From Chara braunii (lineage: Eukaryota > Plantae > Charophyceae), in contig BFEA01000028.1 in NCBI GenBank assembly GCA_003427395.1, forward strand, positions 1,249,521 through 1,313,520: a stretch of DNA of 64,000 bases. The letters are read 5' to 3'. The notes beneath the pieces were generated by a model. The model was not told where the DNA came from and did no database searches. It saw nothing but the letters and a program-made list of their open reading frames with translations. The translations under genes and the position numbers were made by a program. Below, piece after piece: positions 11,322 through 23,698 of this stretch; position 1 is the stretch's first letter, and each line of letters opens with the position of its first letter.

Positions 11322-12488
11322 TCAAGTCGCCCAATCGCTATGGGCTAAGTTCTTGACAATAGGCCCCTCTCGTTCCTTCGCTCTCAGTTCCAGCCCGTGA
11401 CTGGCGGAGCAGGAATCCCTTCTTCTCTCACTGAACTCCGTCCCCAGACGCGGCCAATGGATGCTACCCTCCTCTGGCCCGTCCTTGGGCCAGTCCTCTC
11501 CGAAGAGATCCGCCAACCCTAGGTCCGGCTGTACCCGGATCCTACGGCCGTCGTCGTCGAAAATCCACTGGTCCGATTCCTCCTCTGGCCAGTCCTCATC
11601 CGCTTCCCCTATGTCGTGGTACCCGTAGTGGCACTCGAGCTCGTTGATCCTAACAAGCCCTGCGTCCGGCCAATATGACTCGTCGTCAAACAACGTGGCC
11701 ACGCCTCCCAAATGGTAAGTCCCCCTTGATAGAGCACTCCGGAATACGTCGTAGGGGAAAGGCTCTCCCTCAGACGCCCACAGGTATACGAACGATCGGA
11801 CAAACTCCACAAGCTCTATACGGTCCTCCCTGTCTATAAAGCCTCGCAAGAGTTGAGCAGAGTAGAAAAGTCGCCTCTGGACATTGCTCTGAAAAAGTCT
11901 CTCAAGCTCCTTCGTAAGGAGATAACTCTGCACCAGGTTCCCTATCCCACCGAAGAGCTGATCCACTACGAACAAAGGGATCACTGTCGCTACTTCGAAG
12001 AATCCTTGTGGATATGGAAAGTACCATGGCGCTGCTAAGGCTAAGTGCCCCCTCACAGGACACGGCCTCGTATCGCTACACCACGGTCTGCGCTTCTCGA
12101 AGAAGTCCTCCTCGCCTCTGACTGTGTCCCTAACCTCTGCGTCGAGAATGTCCTCCGCCTTGCGTATCGAGGTGCTCTCTCCCAACGTCAAGCTCTCCAC
12201 TATAATCGTGACCTCTGCGGTCCTGTCTATGTATATATATGCCCTCACGTCTATCCTCATCGAGTCGGGTACTACCCGTCCTCGACGGTCGTGCTCAAAG
12301 CTCGCGTCGTGGTACATCCACATCCATACTCCCCTATCCGCAAGCACGGATCTGGGGCTGCGATAGTCTCTGTAGGAGGCTCCTTCACGACTCACGAAAG
12401 GAACCTCCACTGTCTCATCGTCATACAACTCAGGGACGTTAAAGGACGAGGTCGGAAAGACGTCATAATCCTCTGGCATAGAGGTCAT
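11322..12488 (-). CDS. Accessory ORF B (388 aa, unknown function; paralog of ORF A)
   Basis: ATG 4 nt after the ORF A stop; shared motifs VR(G/A)(F/Y)(L/I)Y(L/I)D, GHL and VIPxFV. Confidence 0.7.
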   Translation of the reverse strand: MTSMPEDYDVFPTSSFNVPELYDDETVEVPFVSREGASYRDYRSPRSVLADRGVWMWMYHDASFEHDRRGRVVPDSMRIDVRAYIYIDRTAEVTIIVESLTLGESTSIRKAEDILDAEVRDTVRGEEDFFEKRRPWCSDTRPCPVRGHLALAAPWYFPYPQGFFEVATVIPLFVVDQLFGGIGNLVQSYLLTKELERLFQSNVQRRLFYSAQLLRGFIDREDRIELVEFVRSFVYLWASEGEPFPYDVFRSALSRGTYHLGGVATLFDDESYWPDAGLVRINELECHYGYHDIGEADEDWPEEESDQWIFDDDGRRIRVQPDLGLADLFGEDWPKDGPEEGSIHWPRLGTEFSERRRDSCSASHGLELRAKEREGPIVKNLAHSDWAT

Positions 12489-12492
12489 ACGT

Positions 12493-13344
12493 TTAGAGGT
12501 CCCTACCTCTCCGCTGTCCGGGGATAGCTACTCCTATCCGGGAAAATCCTGCGTTCATGTCTATGCCCCTCTCCGGCTCCTCAACCACGGCCTCTCTTTC
12601 GTCCTCGTCGCGTCGCTTGTCAACAAAATACGGAGGGTACCGAATCGCCTCGTAATATCGCTCCAACTGGCCCGAGTACACCAGAGCCCCAGAGTCCCTA
12701 TCCAGTCGGACCCACCAATCATCAACGAAAAGACTGTCTATACAGGTGATGAACTCTGGTCTCGCGCAGAGCTCCCGATCAAGCAGGTCCCATACGTATG
12801 CGAGAGGGGAAACACCCCACAGGTGCTTTTGTGCCCTCGGAGCTATCGACCGAATCAGCTCTATGAGTTGTATCCCTTCGTCGCCTCTACGTGGTCCTCC
12901 GGTCATGAGCGAATAATAAATGTAACACCTGTCTAAATCCCCTCTTGCAAAAAACTCCAACTCGCTGTAGGCGAGGTAAGCCTCAGCTAAGCCGCCTACT
13001 CCTCTGAACGTGCCTTCCGTCACGAAAGCGGGAATTACTGCCCTAAGCCACGACGTCGAGTACGAGAAGAAGTTGCGTCGTGCGACCCGCAGATGTCCTG
13101 TGACCTCTAAAGGAGGTAACCCTAGAATCAAGGTCAACGGGTCGCGGGCCGCCTCCCCTCGAAAGGCGCCTACCTCCTCTTGGACAATCTGTGACGCTCT
13201 CTCAATGATAGGACTTGTCTGGTAGATCGCTAACGACCATGCGACATCCTTGGCCTTATCTAAATCTAGGTAAAGAAAGCCCCGCACTACGCCTCTAGAC
13301 CGACCTCCGTCCTGACCTCTCTGGTGCTCTCGATACGTCCACAA
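12493..13344 (-). CDS. Accessory ORF A of the retrotransposon (283 aa, unknown function; true start uncertain)
   Basis: Long ORF of globular composition between PBS and gag; aligns by eye with ORF B. Confidence 0.65.
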   Translation of the reverse strand: MWTYREHQRGQDGGRSRGVVRGFLYLDLDKAKDVAWSLAIYQTSPIIERASQIVQEEVGAFRGEAARDPLTLILGLPPLEVTGHLRVARRNFFSYSTSWLRAVIPAFVTEGTFRGVGGLAEAYLAYSELEFFARGDLDRCYIYYSLMTGGPRRGDEGIQLIELIRSIAPRAQKHLWGVSPLAYVWDLLDRELCARPEFITCIDSLFVDDWWVRLDRDSGALVYSGQLERYYEAIRYPPYFVDKRRDEDEREAVVEEPERGIDMNAGFSRIGVAIPGQRRGRDL

Positions 13345-15090
13345 CCAAGCACCAGTGGTGAGAAGGGTAGACCTCCAACCTGATTGACCATCGTGTTCGA
13401 AGGTCGGTCAGGCGGGTAACGTTAACTCTACCAAGTCGTCTCCTAGGAGTTCCGGGGGTTCTATTCCCCAGGCAGGATCGACTTCGTACTGCTCCACAGC
13501 CTCTGGCTGCCACATCCAAGCAATCGTCCCCTTTCACAGGAATCACCGGGCCCCGCTCCCGAATAGAACCTCTACGCCTCCTGACCGAGTCTCCCCGATC
13601 ACGAGGCGGGTGTCCCACTCGATAGAAACCCTTAGGAGTATTCCTCCAGCGAGTTCCTGGCCAGCGGGAGTCCCTCTCTAAAAGTCTATAAAAAAAACCC
13701 TAAATCGGGAAGGCTAGCGTCATTCCCTTAGCCATCCCTAATCTCCAATTTTATTTAAGGGTATTTAATTCGGGAAAATTACTGAATTTCTTTCCTCCCC
13801 CTATCTCCTACTCTCGACTCACTCCTCAGACTAATCCAGGAAAGGTCTGTAGGCAGTCCTAGGTTCCGCCGCCTTCTTCCGGCCCTCCTTTAGGAATTTT
13901 CTCTAATTTTAACCAATTAATTAGGGATAATTAGGTTAAAGTCAGAGAATCCCTTTCCTTGGTTTGGTGGCCGAGTAGACTTGTTTTCCAAACCTACCTC
14001 AAAATCTGGCCAATTTTCTGGCCTTCCCGACTATTTTACTTAATTTTCTTGACTTAATCAGATTTAGTTCTAATAAAACAGAGGAGATGCCTGTAAAATT
14101 CGTTTTCTTATTTTACTCCTATCTAGGGCTATATTTTACATTATGTCTCTCAGTCCCAAAATTTTTGATGGATCTATTTAATTACTAAAAATTTTCGAAA
14201 AAAATTGGCAGCATCTCCCCTCCCCCCTTTGGGATGGGGTTCGGAGCTGTTGCCCCTAGCTCAGCAGTCTAAAGAAGGAGCCTACAAATTTTGATCCAAA
14301 TAAATCAAAATTTACTTAATCCATTTTCAAAAAATAATTTTCGTTTCAAGTAAATAACAAAAATAACAAGAAAGAGGAATCATAAGATAATTCAGATTTG
14401 TTTCGAACCAACTTTTACATGTTGCTCCTCGGGGTTGTTAGAGTTTAACTAACTAGGGTTTCGGGGTTTTGTGCGCAACCGCACGCTCGCCCCCGCCCCT
14501 CGTACAACCCCGGGATTTTCCCTGCTGACCCTCCTAAATATCCGAAAAATCTTTATCCGATTACTTTCCTTTAATTTCTATTACCCCATTTTTTTCACAA
14601 AATGTAAAAGAAAATACAAATTTTATTTTTGTTTTCCAAATTTTTCTTCGTTGTTCGTTGCTGTTTCAGCCCCTAACTAGCTCTGATCATCTCGCCCTAG
14701 GTATCAAAACGACAAGAAAAAAAAGCTGAATAACTTTGGTCCAGGGGTTATCCCTAAAAAAAGGACCAGTTTCTCGCAATAAATTAAAAGGAAATACTGG
14801 TAATTTTGAATTATTAAATAAGAAAATAAAAAATTTTAATTATCTTTAATTCCGACAGTTAGAAATTCGCAAGAAACGTCTCAAAACGTTCGCCTCGTCA
14901 TGAGGTCGAACTTTCCCCTCAAGGTACTTCGCGCAAAAACACACGGTTGATGAGTTATCTTAAAAGGAAATATTTTTAGATTTTAACAAAAATAAGAAAA
15001 ATCGACTAATCAACTTATTGAAGCTAATTAGTCGTTCCCTGGGCACCCCCGTTATGTGGGGAAGGTCGTGGCCTTGGGGGTGTGATCCCC

Positions 15091-15108
15091 TCCCCGGCAA
15101 CGGCGCCA
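15091..15108 (-). promoter_or_regulatory. Primer-binding site, tRNA-Asp
   Basis: Minus strand TGGCGCCGTTGCCGGGGA is complementary to the 3' 18 nt of plant tRNA-Asp; the same PBS is used by Athila elements. Confidence 0.9.
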
Positions 15109-15284
15109 AATTTGTAAGGAAACCCGGGGAGGGGCCTTCACTGTGCGGTGAAGCCAAGGGGTACAGTGCCTGTCACTTCACTGCCCCCGCTTCGGAGGTC
15201 CTCAACGACCAGCAAGGTGTGCAAGTTTCGGAATGCCCGTCAATCGCGCGCCCATACAAGACTCTTATTCACTTTGTTCAGGAA

Positions 15285-15585
15285 GTATAGCAACAAGTGA
15301 AAGCAAGACTCTAATCATTGTGATCGGTGAATACAACAACAAGTGTAAGCAAGGCCCTGTTCGTTGTGGTCAGCGAATACAGCAGCAATTGAAAGCAAGG
15401 CCCCGCTCGCTGTGATCGGCGAATACAGCAGCAACTGCATAGAAGGTCCTGCTCGCTGTAATCAGCGAATACAACAGCAAGTGTATAGAAGGCCCTGTTC
15501 GCTGTAATCAGCGAGTACAACAGCAACTGAAAGCAAGGCCCTGCAAGTGGAAACAAGGCCCCGTTCTTTGTGATCAGCGAATAGT
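15285..15585. repeat. ~45-bp tandem repeat, about 6 copies, in the LTR
   Basis: GAATACA(A/G)CAGCAA...AAGGCCCTGTTCGCTGTAATCAGC units. Confidence 0.85.
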
Positions 15586-16597
15586 GTTTTTCAAGGAACA
15601 TGAGTTTCAATGACATTGTGTGCNTNTATGCAGAAAAGACCTCACAAATCTTTGNTGANATGCCTGTTTGGAAGTAACNTTTGCGGTATGANTCAGCAGT
15701 TGCTCGCCCATCCACCTTCACACAGTATGTATCACAAGGTGGATTATCCAACAATGAGAAAATATTTTGAAACAACCCCCAATTTGAAAGTCCATGCAAG
15801 ACAGTTCAATCATGACGCGACTAGAAATCTTTTGGTGGGCCACTCTTGGCGTTGATCAGACGACAGTTATTCTCAACCGAGGGGTTTATGCACCTACTGG
15901 GTTTGGTTCTCACTTCCTTTCTCTGCACACACTCTCTCCCTCTCGGTACGCTCTCTCTCCCACTCCGCTCTCACTTTTTTCCTCTCTGCACGCTCTCTCT
16001 CCCTGGCTCGCTCTCTCCCCCCCTTCACACTCACTCTTTCCCTCTCTGCACGCTCTCTCTCCCTGGCCCGCATTCTCGCTCCGCTTCCCCCAATTCCCTC
16101 TCTCTCTCTCTCGCACGGAGTAGCCCTCTTGCGTGCGAGCAGATTGTAACCAGGTTGGCACGAAGTCTTAAATGATGTGTTCGATTGAGCAACTCTCAAT
16201 CGGCCAGCATTATAATCCCCAGTAATACCCTGAATGGCAATTTGAAATCGATTCGGTTCAGGGTTTGGAACGACACCCTCGTCCGAGTTGATCTCGATCG
16301 ATCTGAAATAAAGTTCCTTAAAATGCCCTTAATTCAGNCGCTTGTAAACGATCGGCCTCTTGAGGTCTAGGAATTAATGGAGTTAAAATCTTTCAAACAT
16401 AAGATAAAGAAAATAAATAAATAAAACATAATAAAAGACTCAATTGTGCTATATAAAAAAAACAGAAGTATTTGTCGGGGTCTAACCAGCGAAAATAGTT
16501 ACCCCCGTCAGCGACGGTATACTTCTGCCTGTTCGGACTGATTTGTGAGGTCAGTTGTTCCCATCAGCAGCAGTGGACTCTTGCTTAATTTGACCAC

Positions 16598-16897
16598 TCC
16601 CACAGGGTATTCTGGACAGATCAGCAAACGTACTTCGGTTAGTCCGCTCGCAGAGGCTATTCGCAGCAGATCAACAAGTATACTTTGATTAGCCTGCTCA
16701 CACAGACTATTCTCGTTAGATCTGCAAGGGAACTTTGGCTGACCCGCTCACAGCGGCTATTCTCAACAGATCCGCAAGTGTACTTTGGTTAGCCTGCTCA
16801 GACAGGCTATTCTCGTTAGTACTGCAAAGGAACTTTGGCTGGGCCGCTCACAGCGGCTATTCTTAACAGATCCGCAAGTGTACTTTGATTAGCCCGA
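16598..16897. repeat. ~50-bp tandem repeat, about 6 copies with ~99-bp dimer period, in the LTR
   Basis: GCTCAC...GCTATTCTC...AGATC.GCAAG...ACTTTGG units alternating between two variants. Confidence 0.85.
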
Positions 16898-19800
16898 CAT
16901 GTGAAAATAGTCGTTCCTGATTGCTGCAGAGGTTCTTGATGGGGCTGATTCACCGAAACCGGCTACCCTAGCCCGCAGCAGAATTACTTAATTAGCTCGA
17001 ACCAGGGAGCCAAGTCGTTTCTGCCATTTGCTTAATTGGACTGGCTCGGTAGACTGGCTGTATCCGCCGGTTGCTCCCTCTATTCCCCGCTCGCCCTCTC
17101 TCTCGTTCCTACACTGATGGAATCATACCCGTTCGCCAACNTCCCTTCCTCCCTTNTTCCCTCCTCGAACTCTCTCCATCTTGATCTCTCTCCTTCTCAA
17201 TCTCTCTTTCCCNCACCTATACTGTGCANGCCTCTCTCCGTTCCGAACTTACTNGCNAAACCCTCTCTTTGCCTGCCTNTTCTCTCTCTCTCTATCTGAT
17301 TACACGCTCTCTTTCCGCCAGAGCACTCTCTATCTGGCAGTCCACTCTCTTCTTCCTTTTTCACCCCTTTCGTTCCCTCTAATCCGCGGAAAACACCCCC
17401 CCCTGTGCTNAGTCAATCATCTGNGGAAGACGTCANNCCGGAGGAAGACGTCAGTCTGTGGACGCCGCACCGTGCACCGCTTGGTGCGCCCCTCTGCCCG
17501 TTGTGCCTGCTCATGAACCGACTCTATGCCAGCGGGNTACGCACGCCAGGCACGCTCAGTGCCTTNCTCTGCTAACCGGGGCTTTTGCGCGAGCGTGNCC
17601 TGCNNACATCAAGCACGCTGAATCCGCTCACNTCAGATCTTCCTCCCTCTCTGGCTGTCAAAGAGGCCTTTTGCTTGCGCGTTGCNTACACCGGGCATAC
17701 GCAGTGTCTCTCCTCGTTCCTCCTCTCTCGTTGATCGCCCTCAGCGNGGACACATCCCAGATNNAGTCCGAAGGGGGCTNAGTACACCTGGCGNGCGAGT
17801 CTGCCCCTNTCTCATCTNTCTCAATCTCTCTNGCTGNCGCCTGCCTGGCGCGTCGTTCCCCCTTGCTGAAACGCGCTGTGCTGGCTGAGGTGTACGCCAG
17901 GCACGNTGTCCCCTGCAGCTCGTTGACCTTCTCTCCTTCAGACGCGATCCCAGGCTGGGTACACCTGGTGCACCCCCCCCTGGTGTCCCGTTTGTCGCTC
18001 TATATCCACACGTGAAAGCTGCAGCACGGGTACCTTCGAATCTTTTCGCTTCTTTCATCGCCCAGGCCCTGAAACGGGAGCTAGCCCCTCGGCACCAGCG
18101 GTACTAGGGCTATAGGTTTGGCATAGGCATTTCTTCAAGTGACAATGTCGCCAAAGCCCAGGCTTTAGGCCCGGTAATAGCAGCTCACGGACCCAGCAGG
18201 ACCGATGCAAATTCAGGGCTCGCGGTGAAGGGTATCAAAAGCCAATGCAGCCGGTCGTCATCGCTTATTCCGCACAGTCAAACCATGTTGCCGGGATAAT
18301 TGCAGTGACTAAAATAATCCTCCCCAGCGAATTATCATGGAAAAAAAAATTAGTACCCTCGAATAAATGAACCACAACAGTCCTGAGGTGGATCGGAGTT
18401 TCATACTAGGACATACCAATATCGAACCGCCCAATACCGTACCAGTTCGTGTCGATGTCGATCCAATAGTTGTGCCAATCTGCATTAGCGGCCATGCCGA
18501 TGCTGTCGCGATATTAGTTTCATACCAGTTCCGTTCCAGTAAGCGTACCAATGCCGGATCCGAAGAAACGCTCTGATTTACCGCCGCCTGCACTATTATC
18601 ATACCGCTCGATGTCGAGTGTCGTACCATGCAATAATGCATTGTGATAATACCGAGCCTGTCCCGAACCAGAGTACCGTGCCCGAATCGACCGAGAGGTA
18701 ACACCCCTGCAATGAAGCCCAATCAAAATAGCACCGGTGGTAATCCCGCGCCGGGCATCCATCCCGCACTCACTCACTACACCCTGATTGGAACAATGTG
18801 GCGCTTAAGCAAATCAGGTAAGTTTAGCATGTCAAGTGGTAATCTCGATTATCGGAAAATTGAGAGAGTCGTTAGAATCAGGGTAAATAAATGATTCGGA
18901 ATTAAAACCGCTCGCGAATAATTAAGTAAATATTAGTTAATTATCAGATAATTGTGGGTTTCCTTCTCTTTTTATTATTTTTAATTATGTTTTTTATTTC
19001 TTAGTTCCATTATCGAAAATAACGAAAATAAAAGCAATCTTGTCAAAAATAAATTACGATGGAATTTAATTAAATAACGAATTTTTTTTGTTTTCTTTTT
19101 CTTTTACGGCCTTGATCCCTTTTTCTTATTTTTAACTCTATTGTCAGAAATTCCAATAATTGAGGGCGGTCCCATTAAAAATCAAATATCAAAGATTTTG
19201 AATAAATTAATGAATATTCTGTTTTTCTCTTCTCTTCTTTTGTTTTTAATTCATTTTCTCATTTTTAATTTTGATACCAAAATTGATGATATCCGAGGCC
19301 CCACTTCTGCGCCAGTTGTGGAGCGTAAAAGGACCACGCCTAAGCCTATCTCCATCTTGCTGTTCAGCAGGCGGCTGTCCCGGAAACAGGCTAAAGGCGG
19401 CGGTATTAAGATAGACGTCACCGCGGTAGAAGAGGTAGTCCTTCTTGTCAATTTCGAGAGCTAGTCTCAACGGTCGTCATATCTAATTTAAGGGATACTC
19501 GGGGTACCCCTAATTTTTGTTGCCGGGTCAAACCAGAGTACCATCATTGCACGGACTTGTCTTTGAGCCTAAGTCCCTAAGCCGCGGATTTCAGGCGGCT
19601 CACTGCTTGTGGTCGCCTGACAAAGTATCCATCCTACTATAAACATGGGTGATCACCTGAATCGACAAGCAGGCACACATCATTAGTCTGATGAGCAGCA
19701 TTGATTGCCCTCAACCGAGGGGATTAACTGGCCATCGCAGTCTAACATCATATCCCTAGTCTGAATCCCTCATCATCTACAAAATCGTTCTTGCAGCACC

Positions 19801-20409
19801 CGGGGAGGAGGGACATTCAGAATAGGGGGCAAGAAAGTCAATTATAGCAAAACCTTGGACAAAGTCCGATTCCACCATTGCACTGTATTATGTAATGTTA
19901 CCTGCACCATATCCCCCCCACGATCCTCATAATCCACGAATCCACTCAAGTAGGGAGACACAGTTTACAAAGATTCATAGCCACGTGCTTACCTAATTAA
20001 TCATAAGCATGTGCATACAGAAAAAGTCAAAAATGTGGCAGGGCCCCAATCAATCACACACTTTTTTTACACAGAGGATGACGTCTCGCATGCTGAGGAT
20101 GGTGGGCAAGATGAGGAAGACGTGATCAATTACTACGCTAATATTTGTCCAGGGTGTGTGGATTGGGAAGTAGAAAATGAGATGGGTCGTGAAGGGGCTG
20201 GGTGGGACAGGGATGAGTATAAGGTTGGGGCTGGCGGGTGGTGGGAGAATCTGATGAAGCTCTCTTACCAGGTCGACACCAAGAGTGCCGACGTTGACGG
20301 TGACCAGGCAGATGAGTGGGAGGTGGAGCTGGGGTTCATGGCAGAGGCGATAGATGCGGTAGAGGAGCGGCAAGGAATGGGCGAGATGGGCGAGAAGGGT
20401 TAGAAGGAT

Positions 20410-20506
20410 GACAACAACAACAACAACAACGGTGAGCAGGGAATGGGTGAAATGGGCGAGACGGGCGGGAAGGATGATAACAACAACAACAACAACAACA
20501 ACAATT

Positions 20507-20571
<65 letters not shown>

Positions 20572-20611
20572 GAGATGGGAGAGATGGGAGAGAAGGATGA
20601 CAACAAGGATG

Positions 20612-20657
<46 letters not shown>

Positions 20658-20900
20658 AAACAATCACAACAACGACACCCATACCGCCTCTGCTTACAAC
20701 AACAACAATAACAACGACAACAACGACAACAGCAACAACAACAGAAGCGTCGACAACATCGGCGACGTCAACAATAATGAGATGGCATGCAACGGTGGAA
20801 AGGAAGGAGAGATTCTCTGCTTGAGCGCGCTCGGGAGTAATAATAACTACAGCAATAACAATAACGACAACAACAACTACAACATTAACGATAACAAAAA
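20410..20900. repeat. (AAC)n microsatellite region
   Basis: Long interrupted AAC runs. Confidence 0.95.
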
Positions 20901-20917
20901 CGACACCGCTCACCGAA

Positions 20918-21854
20918 CATAGTATTCGTGAAAACCTAACAAAAAAAATTGTTAGGTTTGCACGAAAATTTTTAAAGATTCTGATAGTACATTTTTCAGG
21001 CCTCCTACACGAACAAAATTTTATGTGAAGTAAATTAACCGCAAAAAAGGAATAGGAAAGTACTTTTTCAGAACTAGTGGAAGTGATGAGGAGAGAAGCA
21101 AGTTTTTTTACAAAAAATCACTACCTTGCAAAGCACCGTTTGTTCAGGCACCGAATTATCCCAAATTTTTGTTTATTTGAAAAAATCATATTTATAGTTT
21201 TATAAGGTATGTAGCACGACGAACCTATTCGGGAGTCTTCCAAACACACACACATGCTCTCCTGTTCACGAATACATTTGTTTGGATATGTTATCTCATA
21301 CATGGACAAATATATTAATTTTTAGTGGGTTATATTAAATAATTTTCTATTTTTTTATTTTAAATCATGGTTGGCTAAGAATTTGAAGATGTCTCCCCGA
21401 CAAGAGTTGTTTGAATTTTTCTTTTACATAACATATATTTTTTGACAAGGGTTTTACAGTTATCTTAAAAATGGAGTTATATTAATTTATAGTTCTATAA
21501 ACTCGATTTCCCAGAATCTGGTTTTTACCAAACTCCAGAAAAGAACTTATAGTTCTATAAATGAGTATTCACTGAAACTGTTTTTTTTAACATCTTTCGA
21601 GTTCGCCTTGAAGACCTTTAAGATTGTCTTGTTTGAGCTATGCTTTTTGTCAATCTACTAAGAACGCCTGGAAAAGATTTTCTTGCAAATTTTGAGAACC
21701 GCTGGACTTTCTGCCAGTTCTTTTGCCTCCTTTATCGGGAAACAGTTAAAAACGCTCTCTTTTATGTGTCAAAAATAAAAGTTTGACTTTCACTTTTTCA
21801 TTCTATAAAAAATGTTAGGTTTTCTGGTTTTGTTAGGTTTTCACGAATACTATG
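20918..21854. mobile_element. Non-autonomous TIR DNA transposon (MITE), 937 bp
   Basis: Perfect 27-bp TIR CATAGTATTCGTGAAAACCTAACAAAA (31 bp with flanking CGAA/TTCG); AT-rich non-coding interior; no TSD found. Confidence 0.85.
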
Positions 21855-22747
21855 TTCGAGGTGGTAAGTTCGATTGGGCAATCTCTTCCCCCCTCCCCCC
21901 TTCCCCTCCTCCTGGATCTTTTCTTGCGTTCTTTGGTTGTAAATTGGGGGGATGGGCGAGTGGTGAGGAAGATTGGGTTGACTTGTAAACAGGAAGGCTG
22001 GGTGAGGGCGCGAGAAGTGGGATGGTGGTATGAGGGGGTGGGATAGTGAAAGCTAGACAGCTGGATGCACAGGGTTGCAAGTGAGTGGTGGGTTTTACCG
22101 CATCCTGTTTTGGCCACGTGGCAACAGGATTGACGATTTTCATTTTTAGCGGCTTTTTACAACTTAGGATTTGGCCACGTGTTAGGGCAGGCAGCGCACT
22201 GAGGATTGGCATCGGGGCTGCTTGTGTGGTTGATTGGCGGGGCAGGCGGAGAAGTGACGATGGCACCGGGGCCCCCACCAACTCCATCACGTACCCAAAT
22301 CGCTGCGCCCCTATATATTTCCTCGTCTCTCTCACAGCTGGCGCTACCCCTGCCCGCGCGTCGCGGTTGTCCACGTCACCAACAGCAGAAGCCATGTGGC
22401 CAATCAAGGAGCCACGCACGTCTGCCAGGCACGCGCACAGGCCTAGCATCCGAGGAGCTCCCCTCCCCGGGCGCTAGTCAAGCCGGGGGAAATGGGTCTT
22501 ACCGGTCCGCCGGCATCAGGGCGCTAGCGCTAGCGCAGCTGCTTGTGTCGCGCACCAGCGCTTTGGGTGGCCAGGTCCTGAGAGTTTGTTCATGGGTCTT
22601 TTCGGGCGGGCTGTTACCAAGCCAGGTGCTGTCCTTGTAATAATGGGGGGTGGGATGAGGTGCCGCCTGGCTGTTGCTGTGTTGTTGTTGTTGTTTTGTT
22701 TTCACATTCTTGATGAGCGTGCAAATCACTTGTGTTTTGTTGTCTTT

Positions 22748-22794
22748 TTTTGGACAATTTCTCGATTTATGTGTGTCATCCTTGCGCAGGGACC

Positions 22795-22826
<32 letters not shown>

Positions 22827-22844
22827 ACGGATGTCCCGAAGGAC
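22748..22844 (-). ncRNA. U6: U6 snRNA, near full-length copy (probably a retrocopy or pseudogene)
   Basis: Minus strand GTCCTTCGGGACATCCGTTAAAATTGGAACGATACAGAGAAGATTAGCATGGTCCCTGCGCAAGGATGACACACATAAATCGAGAAATTGTCC. ACAGAGA and AGC are intact. It ends in A7 rather than an oligo-T terminator, and no TATA is evident at -30. Confidence 0.9.
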
Positions 22845-22934
22845 TCTGTGTTGCTGTCTTTGTCGGCAGCGTATGTCTTTTTGGTTTTCACTCTTGGGGC
22901 AGGCCAGGTGAAACGAGAACTCTGGCCCCACCGT

Positions 22935-22997
<63 letters not shown>
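22935..22997. repeat. (CA)n microsatellite
   Basis: Direct reading. Confidence 0.98.
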
Positions 22998-22999
<2 letters not shown>

Positions 23000-23167
23000 T
23001 TCAACTGCGCCAACAACACTGACAAAAAAAAAAAAAAAAAAGTAGAGACAACTGCGCCTGTGACAGGTGCAGAGTTCCAAATTCGCAGAAATAACAGTAC
23101 ACTGCAAATCCGGGCCCACAGCAATTTGAAACTGCAAAAAAAACAGTAAATGAACTCGCAAAATGGC

Positions 23168-23303
23168 GGCCGTGGCCCAGCCATGGGCGTGGCCTAGACA
23201 TCTCGGCCTTGGCCCAGCCACAGGCGTGGTCTAGACATATCGGCCGTGGCCCAGCCACGGGCGTGGCCTAGACATTTCGGTCGTGGACCAGCCACGGGCG
23301 TGG
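23168..23303. repeat. 37-bp tandem repeat, about 3.7 copies
   Basis: GGCCGTGGCCCAGCCACGGGCGTGGCCTAGACATNTC. Confidence 0.9.
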
Positions 23304-23315
23304 GGGGAAAAAAAA

Positions 23316-23698
23316 GGGAAAATTGTTCAAATGCCCCTGAAAGTTGGGGTATTTCGTCAGATACCCCTAAAAGGCACTGGTATGGCGAAATGCCCCTGTG
23401 ACAATTGCGAAACTTTGCAAAATACCCCACTCGCCAATTGGACCTGTCATCTTCTGCATATACCCCTGGGCAACTTATCTATTTGCGCCGAAATGTCTGG
23501 CTGTTGGACCCTGCAGACGGCAGAAAAAACGCACCAGCACCTCTAGCATGGGGCTAGGGCATATGGAGAATTTGCGAATGACTGGGACAGGGGAAGATGC
23601 AACAGTTGAGGGCATTTCCGCAAACCGCTGTGTTTTAGGGGCATCTAACGAAATACCCAACTTTTAGGGGTATTTCTACTATTCAATAATTATCTCCC
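23316..23698. mobile_element. Mutator-like MITE
   Basis: Long imperfect TIRs beginning GGGAAAATTG...AAAT(A/G)CCCCT.AAAGTTGGG; oligo-A flanks. Confidence 0.75.

Larger units (their letters stand above)
1..19622 (-). mobile_element. Ty3/Gypsy LTR retrotransposon, non-chromovirus type, degenerate; 3' LTR runs off the window
   Basis: Direct repeat 1-1195 = 18443-19622, both ending ...CCTGACA. PBS adjacent to LTR. Domain order gag-PR-RT-RH-INT on the minus strand. Confidence 0.95.
15113..19622 (-). repeat. 5' LTR, ~4.5 kb, TG...CA
   Basis: Starts TGTAAGG at 15113, 4 nt from the PBS, and ends CCTGACA at 19622. Confidence 0.9.

Noticed and set aside
20011-20922. Acidic, poly-Asn, poly-Thr and poly-Val ORFs
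   Set aside because: Mostly open because of the AAC microsatellite; no recognisable domain.
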